From an uncultured virus (IMG/VR IMGVR_UViG_3300014203_000013) (lineage: Duplodnaviria; Heunggongvirae; Uroviricota; Caudoviricetes), in IMG/VR virus record IMGVR_UViG_3300014203_000013: a stretch of 62,040 nucleotides of DNA, one strand, 5' to 3'. Positions within the stretch are counted from its first letter, which is position 1. Each line of letters starts with the position of its first letter. The translations under genes and the position numbers were made by a program. Below, piece after piece: positions 9,258 through 17,584 of this stretch. The notes under the pieces are model-generated. The model saw only the letters and a list, made by a program, of their open reading frames with translations. It was not told the DNA's origin and did no database searches.

Positions 9258-10320
9258 TGATCCCCTTCAAGATATGTGCAATGACATCTACTGTCCAGCC
9301 GTTTCCAAGCATTTTGTATCTCTGAGTGTCTGAAACACAATCTGTATAATTGTCCGGAACTGTTTGAAGCCTTTCGCATTCAAGTGGCGTGATATATCTG
9401 AAGAAGAATTCTCCGACTGGGACACGGTTTGGCAAAGTGAACGGAACGACAATATTATCTTTCGACACGGTGGAAATACAGTTGGTCTTTTTGTCATATC
9501 TGAATTCAATATATTGCGTTGTCATCCCTTCCGTTTTCATTTTCCCGTCTACGCGTTTACCGTTAAACAAACACCTTCCACGTATTGCGGCTACAGCCTG
9601 TAGGTCATTCGGTAAATCCACGATTCCAAAAAATCTCTGATTTGAATATTTCTTACAGTGGTATGCTTCAATCATCTGCATTTTATCAGAATCTTGATGG
9701 ACGGTCAAAACCCTATTGTGTTTTCTTGATGATTGTGCCAACCAAAACAAGGCTTTTTCAGTATAATAATAAGAGTGTGAATTTACTCCTTTTTCCTTAA
9801 CATCTCCCCAAGTGGTTCCTTTATCTTCTGGTTGCGTTACGTGTGGAATGTTTGTCCAATATAAACGCTTTCTATTTTGTGCGCTGACCAAACTGGAATT
9901 AATCATAATCGGATTTACGCCCAAAAGTCCAGAAATTACATCTTCATATTCTTTCTTCATACAAACATTTTCCAAAAGGAAATATTTTGGCTTACATTCT
10001 TTTAAAAGCCTAACAAATTCGAAGAATAGTTTACTTCGTGGGTCTTCGAAATTGAGTTGTTTCCCAGCGAAGCTAAAACCCTGACACGGGCTTCCTCCTA
10101 TAATGAGATCAATCTGTGGAAGGCTGTCCGATTTTACATCAAGAACATTTCCTACCTGAATAGTATTGGGAAAGTTTTTCATGCATACTTTAATCGCATT
10201 TTTATCAATTTCACTTGCGAAATAGTTCTTGCATTTTAATCCGGCTCTTTGCAATGCCAACTGCCCGCAACTCATTCCGTCAAATAAGCTTAGGACGTTA
10301 ATTCCTTCAAATGAATTCAT
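9250..10320 (-). CDS. DNA (cytosine-5)-methyltransferase
   Basis: LSLFDGMSCG, GGSPCQ, LLENV, QNRKRLYW, ECERLQT, GNGW. Confidence 0.95.
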   Translation of the reverse strand: MNSFEGINVLSLFDGMSCGQLALQRAGLKCKNYFASEIDKNAIKVCMKNFPNTIQVGNVLDVKSDSLPQIDLIIGGSPCQGFSFAGKQLNFEDPRSKLFFEFVRLLKECKPKYFLLENVCMKKEYEDVISGLLGVNPIMINSSLVSAQNRKRLYWTNIPHVTQPEDKGTTWGDVKEKGVNSHSYYYTEKALFWLAQSSRKHNRVLTVHQDSDKMQMIEAYHCKKYSNQRFFGIVDLPNDLQAVAAIRGRCLFNGKRVDGKMKTEGMTTQYIEFRYDKKTNCISTVSKDNIVVPFTLPNRVPVGEFFFRYITPLECERLQTVPDNYTDCVSDTQRYKMLGNGWTVDVIAHILKGINE

Positions 10321-11219
10321 TACTTGATTCCTTTTAGAATATGGGCGATCACGTCTACAGTCCAGCCATCTCCAAGGATTCCTGCGGCCTTATCTCTTGT
10401 AAGAATCTTTGTATAGCCTTCATCAACCGTCTGTAGGCGTTCTAATTCCGTCTGATTCAAAAACCGGATATTCTGATAAACACTGACATCTCCATGATAT
10501 TTATCCAAGTCTTTTGCTGTTACCGTCTTTAAATTGAAATTCGAAGTGAAATTTTCCATACATGCTAGGTAGTGTTGTTCGCTTTCAAAGACAATCGTTG
10601 TGAAGCCAGTTTTGAAGTAACGATAAAACATCTTCATCCGATTGCTCTGCGGACGGCTATCTGATTCCAAAAGACAACGTGCCTTGTCTCTGTCTGACCA
10701 TCCGCTTGTCAAAACTTGGTTTAGAAGAATTCCCTTGTCCTTCGGCTGTTCCACTTTTAGGTTTGTCCAATACAAGCGGTTTCGTAATTGCGCACTGATA
10801 AGAAGGGAATTAATAGCAATTGGTTCTACACCCATGATTTCGGTGATGACTGCTTTATCCGCTTCGGACATCAATCCAACGTTTTCAAGAAGGAAATATG
10901 TGGGATTCGTTTCTTTAAGAAGCCTGACATATTCGTAAAAAAGCTTCGACTTAATTCCTGCCAGACCCGTTCTGTTATACATCGCAATTGATAGATCCTG
11001 ACACGGACTTCCTCCAATAAGAAGGTCAATCTTACCAAGACTTTTACCGTCAAGCTTGGTGACATCTCCTACTTGTTTAGTATTCGGGAAGTTCGACATC
11101 GTGACCGAAATTCCATCAGTCTTGATTTCACTTGCGAAATAGTTGTCAGGAATGATCCCGATACGTTTAAGAGCTAGTTGACCACAACTCATACCGTCAA
11201 AAAGAGACAAAATATTCAT
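10320..11219 (-). CDS. DNA (cytosine-5)-methyltransferase
   Basis: LSLFDGMSCG, GGSPCQ, LLENV, QLRNRLYW, ERLQT, GDGW. Confidence 0.95.
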   Translation of the reverse strand: MNILSLFDGMSCGQLALKRIGIIPDNYFASEIKTDGISVTMSNFPNTKQVGDVTKLDGKSLGKIDLLIGGSPCQDLSIAMYNRTGLAGIKSKLFYEYVRLLKETNPTYFLLENVGLMSEADKAVITEIMGVEPIAINSLLISAQLRNRLYWTNLKVEQPKDKGILLNQVLTSGWSDRDKARCLLESDSRPQSNRMKMFYRYFKTGFTTIVFESEQHYLACMENFTSNFNLKTVTAKDLDKYHGDVSVYQNIRFLNQTELERLQTVDEGYTKILTRDKAAGILGDGWTVDVIAHILKGIK

Positions 11220-11246
11220 TCTTTTACGCCTTTCGAATTGACAACC

Positions 11247-11275
11247 ACTTTATCATTTTCGTCCGCTATTGTCAA
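11247..11275 (-). promoter_or_regulatory. Sigma70-type promoter for the methyltransferase operon
   Basis: Minus strand TTGACA-N17-TAAAGT with an extended -10 TGn; overlapped by the inverted repeat TTGACAA...TTGTCAA (11238-11275). Confidence 0.75.
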
Positions 11276-11278
11276 GTA

Positions 11279-11518
11279 TTAGGCTTCAAATCCATTGACC
11301 TTGATTTCACTTCTGCTAAAATCAAGAAAACGTTCGAACAGAAGATCGTACTTGATAGGGTCAATGTCTGTAATCCCCGTACAAAATGAAACTAATGACC
11401 CACCGGCTGAATTATGTACCGCTAATCCTTCTATATTGTATGTGTGCGTATTCCTAACACACAAATCATATACTTTCCCATTATATTCCATCTTTTTTAA
11501 CGATTTAATTTTAGACAT
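11279..11518 (-). CDS. dnaE: Split-intein C-fragment (36 aa) fused to a 43-aa DnaE palm segment
   Basis: MSKIKSL...[51 protein letters not shown]; continues the DnaE motif GRG-SAAGSLV. Confidence 0.93.
   Translation of the reverse strand: MSKIKSLKKMEYNGKVYDLCVRNTHTYNIEGLAVHNSAGGSLVSFCTGITDIDPIKYDLLFERFLDFSRSEIKVNGFEA
11411..11518 (-). mobile_element. IntC of the DnaE split intein
   Basis: Blocks F/G (VYDL..HTY..VHN), Ser+1. Confidence 0.92.
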
Positions 11519-13044
11519 CTATTCTCTCTTTCTTTTTCTTGGAGTAAATCCTGATTCTTCTACTAATAAGTTATAAGCCCCGAAAATTTTATACAAATAA
11601 ACAAACGACATTTTTGATTTCATTAAAAATTCTTCCCTTGTCGGAACGATTCCTGTCTCAGAAATTTGACGCTTAATTTCGTTAATGTACTTTAGTCTTT
11701 CTTCTTCAAGATTTTTCTGACCGAAACGTATTAAAGACATCCTTTTGGATCTTTCTGACATTTCCTTCCGTAACCTCTTTTTGGCACAAACTGGACAAGA
11801 ATTTCTTATGGGCGTGCATGTCCTGCTAGAAATTGTTTGTTTCCATTCATTCCCGCAGTCTGAACAAATCCACCATGCCTTTTCCGAAGACCAATATGGA
11901 TAAAAGTCTGGACCTTTATCATTCTTGTTGTAGTTCCACTGTAAGAGTAACTCAGGGCACTTAACATCAAGACGCATTTTGTGTTTTTTCTCTTCTTTTA
12001 TCCGCTGCTTTTCTTTCCTTTCGGATAATTTATTCGCGAGATAATTTTCGAAGCTTTTGGTGTTCTTAAACTTGCCGAAACCACAACATTCGATTTTATT
12101 AGAATCACAAAGTTCAGAAATCCAAAGTTCTACTTTTTTGTTATACTTTAGAATTCCCATTCTTTCCAAGTCAGCCTTGTAAAGAATAATATATCTTTTA
12201 TTGCCAAAATAAAAAGATTCTGCTGCCTCTTTTTTACGTTGAACTGTTTCAAATTCAGAAAGATTTCCTTTGATTTCCACGACATATTGAGTTCCACCAA
12301 TTTCCATTTCGAAATCTGGATAATAGTTTGAGGGTTTCCCTAATATCGTTTTGTAAGGAACATGATCCGTACACCTTTTGAAAGAACAAACTTCTATGTT
12401 ATTGTCACACCATAAAAGAAACATCAATTCCCAAGAACTAGCAAAAAAGATTCTTCCACACCTTGTAAATACCCACCCATAATAAAATCCACGTCCCATA
12501 AACTTCTGCTGACCTTCGGCATCCTTCCAGCGTTTTCTTAAGTCTTCAGAAACTTTTTCTCTTCTTTCTGGATGTTCTTTGTATCCACGACGTAAAGATT
12601 CTCCAATCCTTTTTCTTATTTCTGGGTCTTTTCGATGTACTTCTTTCAAAATTTCAGACATTTTACGTCTAGCTTCTGGTGTGCCTTGCACTTTTTTCTG
12701 AGCTTCTGAATTATGCCGCCGCCATTCTTCAGTAAATTGTTCCTTTCGAAGACATTTACCACAGAATTCTTCTTTTGCATGTTTTTTCTTGCTAAAAGTG
12801 AATTCCAAGTCGTAACAAAATGATTTCCACAACTATAACACGTACCAGACACATCCCACTTCAAATGTTTATTCAATTCATTTTCATGAATTAGCATTTC
12901 GTTTATAGGAATCGGTAGTTTCCCGAAATATTTGTATTCTACATTCTTGTTCGTTCTGATATCTATGCTTTTTATTGTACGTTCTTCAATGAAAGGACGA
13001 ATCCATTCTGGCACATCTTCTATTCTGTGATAAACGTTCCCCAT
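11519..13044 (-). CDS. Free-standing putative homing endonuclease between the dnaE split-intein halves; two overlapping ORFs joined by a -1 frameshift near 12781
   Basis: AGGAGG RBS before ATG 13044. Downstream frame has NUMOD3-like repeats, a TnsA-N-like PD-(D/E)xK core (SSWE..F...YYPDF...VEIKG), a DUF4379-like Zn ribbon (WWICSDC..W...CPVC) and an HNH-associated-repeat-like tail (PTREEF...IFGAYNLLVEESGF). Confidence 0.75.
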
Positions 13045-13093
13045 GTAAAGCCTCCTTTTAAATACTACCACTATCTAAGCATAGAGGCCAAAA

Positions 13094-14857
13094 TCAAAAA
13101 AGATCTACGATATCATCTCCTTCTAGTAGGTTTTGAGCTTCTACCCATTCTTCTTTTTGGTTCCTTGTTACAAGAATTCTATGGTTTAAAGTACAATTGA
13201 TTTTTCTTCCATCTTCAGTTTCAATTTCTATTAATTCTTCTTTTACATCATAAATAAATTTGTCAATTACTTCATTAAGTGTTCCGTCATGCGAATACAC
13301 AAATTCACCGATTTTAACATCAGATATAAATACTGGTATTTTGTTCTCTGTAATTACCCTGTTCCATGAAACAAAACACCCGCGCCCTATTCCGGTTCCC
13401 CATTCACCTCTCAATTCAATCGCCTTGTCTACGATCATTTCCGTGATAAGGAAATAATCCGCCCAACCGGCAAGGCAAATAACATCCAATTCATATTCTA
13501 GTCGTTCCGTATAGGTGTTCGAATCCTGACATTTATCAAACCCGTGTTCTCTAAATCCTTTCCATGCCATTTCTGAAAGGACTTCTTCGCTGTTTTCATA
13601 CAGCTTCGGAAGCTTGATTGATTTATCGACTTTATAGTCTTCGCAATTTACAGCTATCCATCGGGTGTTTTGACAAGCTTGTTGGAAAATATCAAATGTA
13701 AAAACATCATCTTCATAGGCATCTTGTTGATTTCCATCAGAATCGACATAGCCAGATTTGAAGAGTTCAAGAAGTTGATCATAGTTGCGATAATACAGAT
13801 TTTTTACCGTGAATTTCCAAGTATCGTCATCTTCCTTTTGAAGGTCTTGAATCGTCCTTCCCTGACGAATACACATCATAAGTTCGTGCGTCTCACTTTG
13901 TTCTGGGTAGAGATAATGGCTGTCAATACCTATAGATATTCTTGCCCCCATTTCCTGCGCGAACTTAATCAGTTTCCTGTTGAGTTCCTTCTGTTCCTTC
14001 ATTTCAATCAACTGGATTTCGATAAAGAATTCATCAAAACAAGACTTGTAAAATTCATATCTTGCCTTTGCTTCTTCAACCCTGTCCTGCATAAGCAATT
14101 CTGGAAGTTCACCAGCGAAACAGGCACTCGTCGCGAAAATTCCTTTCCCGAATTTCTTCAAAGCTTCGTCACATGTCCTTGGACTGTAGTAGAACCCGTT
14201 TAGCTGTGCGTCATTGTGTATCTTGATGATATTGTAATAGCCTTCGATGTTCTTAGCAAGTAGAATAAGATGGTTGGCACTGCGGTTAAGTTTTTTCTTT
14301 TCCGGGTCGTCGCCTCTGTAATTGTTATAATAGGCTTCCATTCCGAAAATCGGTTTGATCCCTGTTTCTTCACAGACCTGACTTTGTTTGATCCATCCCG
14401 CGATTCCGCCGTGATTTGTGACGGACATAAATTTTCGGTTTTGAGCCAATAGAAGACCAGCTAATCCCTTCCATTTTTTAGTATCTTTTTCATAACGACC
14501 GACAGTTTCGAGGGCATCTCTCCAACTATATTCGTCATGATGATGGTAGTTGAAAAATTTATCCTCGACATTTGTAAAAATGTCCTTTTCCAGTTCTTCT
14601 GTCATTCCTTCATAAAATCCGATTTTCCTTGTTAGTCTTTTGCCAATTTGAAGGACAAAAGAGGCTCCGCTAGCATATACTTCTGAAACTAAATCAACAC
14701 CTGATTTGGGATATGTAAAGCTGACTTCTCTTGTGTCAAGACACATTTCTTTCAGGTCTCTTGATGCGTCATAGTTTATGTCTGGTTTTACGATAAGAAT
14801 TTTTTTACAATCTGTTAATCTGTCTGTACACTCTTCTGTATAAACTCCATCATTCAT
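13094..14857 (-). CDS. dnaE: DNA polymerase III alpha N-terminal part (PHP domain and start of palm) fused to a split-intein N-fragment
   Basis: HHHDEYS, TNHG, IKPIFGMEAY, HLILLAKN, SACFAGE, DSHY, YTERLEYELDVI, DYFLI, GIGRG|CFVS... Confidence 0.95.
   Translation of the reverse strand: MNDGVYTEECTDRLTDCKKILIVKPDINYDASRDLKEMCLDTREVSFTYPKSGVDLVSEVYASGASFVLQIGKRLTRKIGFYEGMTEELEKDIFTNVEDKFFNYHHHDEYSWRDALETVGRYEKDTKKWKGLAGLLLAQNRKFMSVTNHGGIAGWIKQSQVCEETGIKPIFGMEAYYNNYRGDDPEKKKLNRSANHLILLAKNIEGYYNIIKIHNDAQLNGFYYSPRTCDEALKKFGKGIFATSACFAGELPELLMQDRVEEAKARYEFYKSCFDEFFIEIQLIEMKEQKELNRKLIKFAQEMGARISIGIDSHYLYPEQSETHELMMCIRQGRTIQDLQKEDDDTWKFTVKNLYYRNYDQLLELFKSGYVDSDGNQQDAYEDDVFTFDIFQQACQNTRWIAVNCEDYKVDKSIKLPKLYENSEEVLSEMAWKGFREHGFDKCQDSNTYTERLEYELDVICLAGWADYFLITEMIVDKAIELRGEWGTGIGRGCFVSWNRVITENKIPVFISDVKIGEFVYSHDGTLNEVIDKFIYDVKEELIEIETEDGRKINCTLNHRILVTRNQKEEWVEAQNLLEGDDIVDLF
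13097..13378 (-). mobile_element. IntN (94 aa) of the DnaE split intein
   Basis: CFVSWNRVIT...INCTLNHRIL...WVEAQNLLEGD, then stop. Confidence 0.92.
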
Positions 14858-14894
14858 GTTTAATTGTTACCTTTTAAAAATCATAGATATTCTG

Positions 14895-15803
14895 TTAGGA
14901 TTGTTTAAATCCGATCATGTTTGTTCCTGCAACGATGTCATATTTCATGTCATATGAAAATAAGTAGTTGACTTTTGAATCAGAAAATTTATTCATTAAA
15001 CCCCAAAAAGATGAAAGTTTTTCAGGGAACACGCCACAATAAAAATCAAGACTTTCAAAATCACCGAATATTTTCTTCTGTTTATCTGTGAGTCTTATCG
15101 TCGTAGGACAATAAGTAGCAAAATCAAGGACAGGACAATCAGGATAATTTCCTGAAACGTGTTCTATAAACATTTCCTTTGTAAGAAGAACAATCATTTT
15201 ATTCTTACAATCGCGAAACGGGAGGAGAGAAAGCGTCCTTCCGTAAAAAGGATTTGGAAGAGAAGATTCCATTATCTCATTATATGCAACGCCACCATGA
15301 ACAAGATATTGGACTAATTGACCGATGTCATCACCAGGAAGGAAATCAGCGATTTCTACAATCTCCTTATGTCTTTCAGAATCTAAAGGAGTTGACTTCT
15401 GTTCAAAATATGAATGTATCGGCGTCAGTTTTTCTTGGAAACAAACATATCCGAACAGTGGCATGAAGTCTGTTAGATTGGTCCAGAATACTGGTATTTT
15501 TAACCCCGTAAATCCAGACAAATCCGGCATAGATTCCCTGCAAAAAGCAAGTCCAGACAATATATCCACCTTCTGACGCCCACCACTGCTATCTACTAAA
15601 AAAGTATTGCCATACTCTACGCATTGTTTCCCGCTCTTCCCCGAAAACATTGCTGTTCCGAAACTCCCATACCTCATTTTTTCTTCATCTGTATAGGTTA
15701 GAAGGATATCAAACTTAAAAAGCTTCTTCTTCCCTATTTTTATGATTTTACCTTTATCTACAGTAATGCTATAACAAGAAGCCATATCATAATAAGTCTT
15801 CAT
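14895..15803 (-). CDS. Hypothetical protein
   Basis: About 300-aa ORF, ATGA overlap with the upstream gene. Confidence 0.7.
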   Translation of the reverse strand: MKTYYDMASCYSITVDKGKIIKIGKKKLFKFDILLTYTDEEKMRYGSFGTAMFSGKSGKQCVEYGNTFLVDSSGGRQKVDILSGLAFCRESMPDLSGFTGLKIPVFWTNLTDFMPLFGYVCFQEKLTPIHSYFEQKSTPLDSERHKEIVEIADFLPGDDIGQLVQYLVHGGVAYNEIMESSLPNPFYGRTLSLLPFRDCKNKMIVLLTKEMFIEHVSGNYPDCPVLDFATYCPTTIRLTDKQKKIFGDFESLDFYCGVFPEKLSSFWGLMNKFSDSKVNYLFSYDMKYDIVAGTNMIGFKQS

Positions 15804-16750
15804 TTCGAAACCTTTGTTTTCTTGATCTTTTCGCAAACTTCATGATAATAAGCAAGAACATTTTCATTGATTTTCACCTGTCTGGAATGTTCATCAAAAA
15901 GCATGAAGATATCACTATGTTCATTATTCCCTAATTTCATAGTTTCATTAATGGAATTGACGACTCCGCTAACATCCATTCCAGAAACGAGTTTTTTTAC
16001 CGTTTCCGAAATGCCAACAGAAAAGACCTCACTACCAGGTCTTGATCTCGGAATAATAATTTCTCTAATTCCTGGTTCTTTTCCTTTGACGGCATCTATC
16101 ATCAGCATTTTGGGCATTCTTTTTTCGTCTGCTGTCGTTTTTCTTGCCAAGCTCCCAGGATTACAATACCATGTGTTTCTAACCTTATGGGGGGAGAACC
16201 CGCAATGAAGATCTCCAGAACAAACCAAGTCAAACGGTAAATCAAGATCTTTAGTAAAGGTCGTCTTGAACGGCATTTTCTTGTCATAGAGCAATTCGTG
16301 ACAAAGCAAAACGTTAAATCTCGATTTATCTACTTCGGTCTTTTCAGCAGATTCCATTGTTTCCCATTCGTGCTTTGCGTAGATGGATATTCCGTTTTCC
16401 AAATGAACTGGTTTCCAAAGTATTTTAAAATCGGGGCAATACGTACATATAAAAGACAGTGCTGAACCTCCGAATGTTTCTGGAGCGTGTGCGCATAAAT
16501 CATGTTCTCCGACGCAGGAATAAGTGGTAAGATTTATAGCTTTAATAACTCTGTTAATCAACGGATAGGAAAATATTTGGAATCTGTCACACAAATCACC
16601 ACCGAATGTCATAAAATCAAATTCATTCTGTGCAGCGAAATCATATATCATTTCTATCTTTTCAGGTATGGTATTAATATAATCATCTATCCTGTGAACG
16701 GGACGGTTTTCCGTTAAATGAGCGTCCGTAAAGAAACCGAATCTAGCCAT
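15800..16750 (-). CDS. SbcD/Mre11-like metallophosphoesterase (nuclease subunit)
   Basis: TDAH, GGDL.D, VGEHD, LCHE, SGDLH, NPGSLAR. Confidence 0.85.
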   Translation of the reverse strand: MARFGFFTDAHLTENRPVHRIDDYINTIPEKIEMIYDFAAQNEFDFMTFGGDLCDRFQIFSYPLINRVIKAINLTTYSCVGEHDLCAHAPETFGGSALSFICTYCPDFKILWKPVHLENGISIYAKHEWETMESAEKTEVDKSRFNVLLCHELLYDKKMPFKTTFTKDLDLPFDLVCSGDLHCGFSPHKVRNTWYCNPGSLARKTTADEKRMPKMLMIDAVKGKEPGIREIIIPRSRPGSEVFSVGISETVKKLVSGMDVSGVVNSINETMKLGNNEHSDIFMLFDEHSRQVKINENVLAYYHEVCEKIKKTKVSK

Positions 16751-17018
16751 TTGTTTTACCCTTTATTCTAAATGATAATCCTACTGAAAATATCCGACAG
16801 TCATCAAAAATATTGAAATTGAATCGTATCTTGTGTTTTGATTTCTTTGGTATCTTTATTGTCCCGTCTCTTCTGTCTATCTTTTTGCTTAACAAACAGA
16901 ATGCATATTTTAACTTCTTGGCTTTGGGGCAATTCCGGCACCATGAAACGGAAATCTTTCCGTTTTTAATGATATAGACAGAATAGTTTAATGCGCATCT
17001 TGTTTTACCGAATTCCAT
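16743..17018 (-). CDS. Hypothetical basic Cys-containing protein
   Basis: ORF overlapping both neighbours. Confidence 0.45.
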   Translation of the reverse strand: MEFGKTRCALNYSVYIIKNGKISVSWCRNCPKAKKLKYAFCLLSKKIDRRDGTIKIPKKSKHKIRFNFNIFDDCRIFSVGLSFRIKGKTNG

Positions 17019-17557
17019 GCGTCACCGATTATCCTTTCCACTTTAGGGAACGGGTCCATGTCATTGTTTTCTATAATCGTAAACGGTATTTTCCAATCTG
17101 TAAGAAGACCCAATTCTAGCATGTATATCATTTCCTGATAGTTCCAGCATAGCGTTCTCTTGTTGTTGTCTAACAACTTCCCTAGTTTGAAAAGGTAGAT
17201 GTGGGAATATCTTGAACAATAGGTTTTTGAATCAGAAACAATCTTGTCTATCGTTTCTGTGTCCAAAGTTTCTGTGCTTGACAAAGCATATGCGGCCAGA
17301 TCAACAAAACATCTATCGGTAATAAACATAGACAGTGACTGTGCTTCTTTCGTCTTCTTCAGAAGTTCCATTTGTCTTGGTATCGTCTGTAAGAATTTTT
17401 CTACTTTCATTCCACTTGAATAATCATATCCGTCTCTCTTTAGGATTGGATTTGTTATGTCCTTCGCACGCAAGAAGAGTATTCCTTTTTTATTACTGAT
17501 TGATTCCGCAACCTTTGATTTCCCTGTTCCCGCCGGGCCTGCTAATGCTATTTTCAT
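16988..17557 (-). CDS. P-loop nucleotide-kinase-like ATPase (AAA_28/NadR-like)
   Basis: MKIALAGPAGTGKS, FITDRCFVDLAAY. Confidence 0.75.
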   Translation of the reverse strand: MKIALAGPAGTGKSKVAESISNKKGILFLRAKDITNPILKRDGYDYSSGMKVEKFLQTIPRQMELLKKTKEAQSLSMFITDRCFVDLAAYALSSTETLDTETIDKIVSDSKTYCSRYSHIYLFKLGKLLDNNKRTLCWNYQEMIYMLELGLLTDWKIPFTIIENNDMDPFPKVERIIGDAWNSVKQDAH

Positions 17558-17584
17558 CTTAACCGCCTTTTGAATAGTATAATT

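Noticed and set aside
8014..11219. Restriction-modification system or repeat array
   Set aside because: Similar DNA stretches are paralogous methyltransferase motifs, and no adjacent cognate restriction enzyme is evident.
11519..12832. Tn7-like transposon suggested by the TnsA-like domain
   Set aside because: No TnsB/TnsC genes or transposon ends; the context fits a free-standing homing-type endonuclease.
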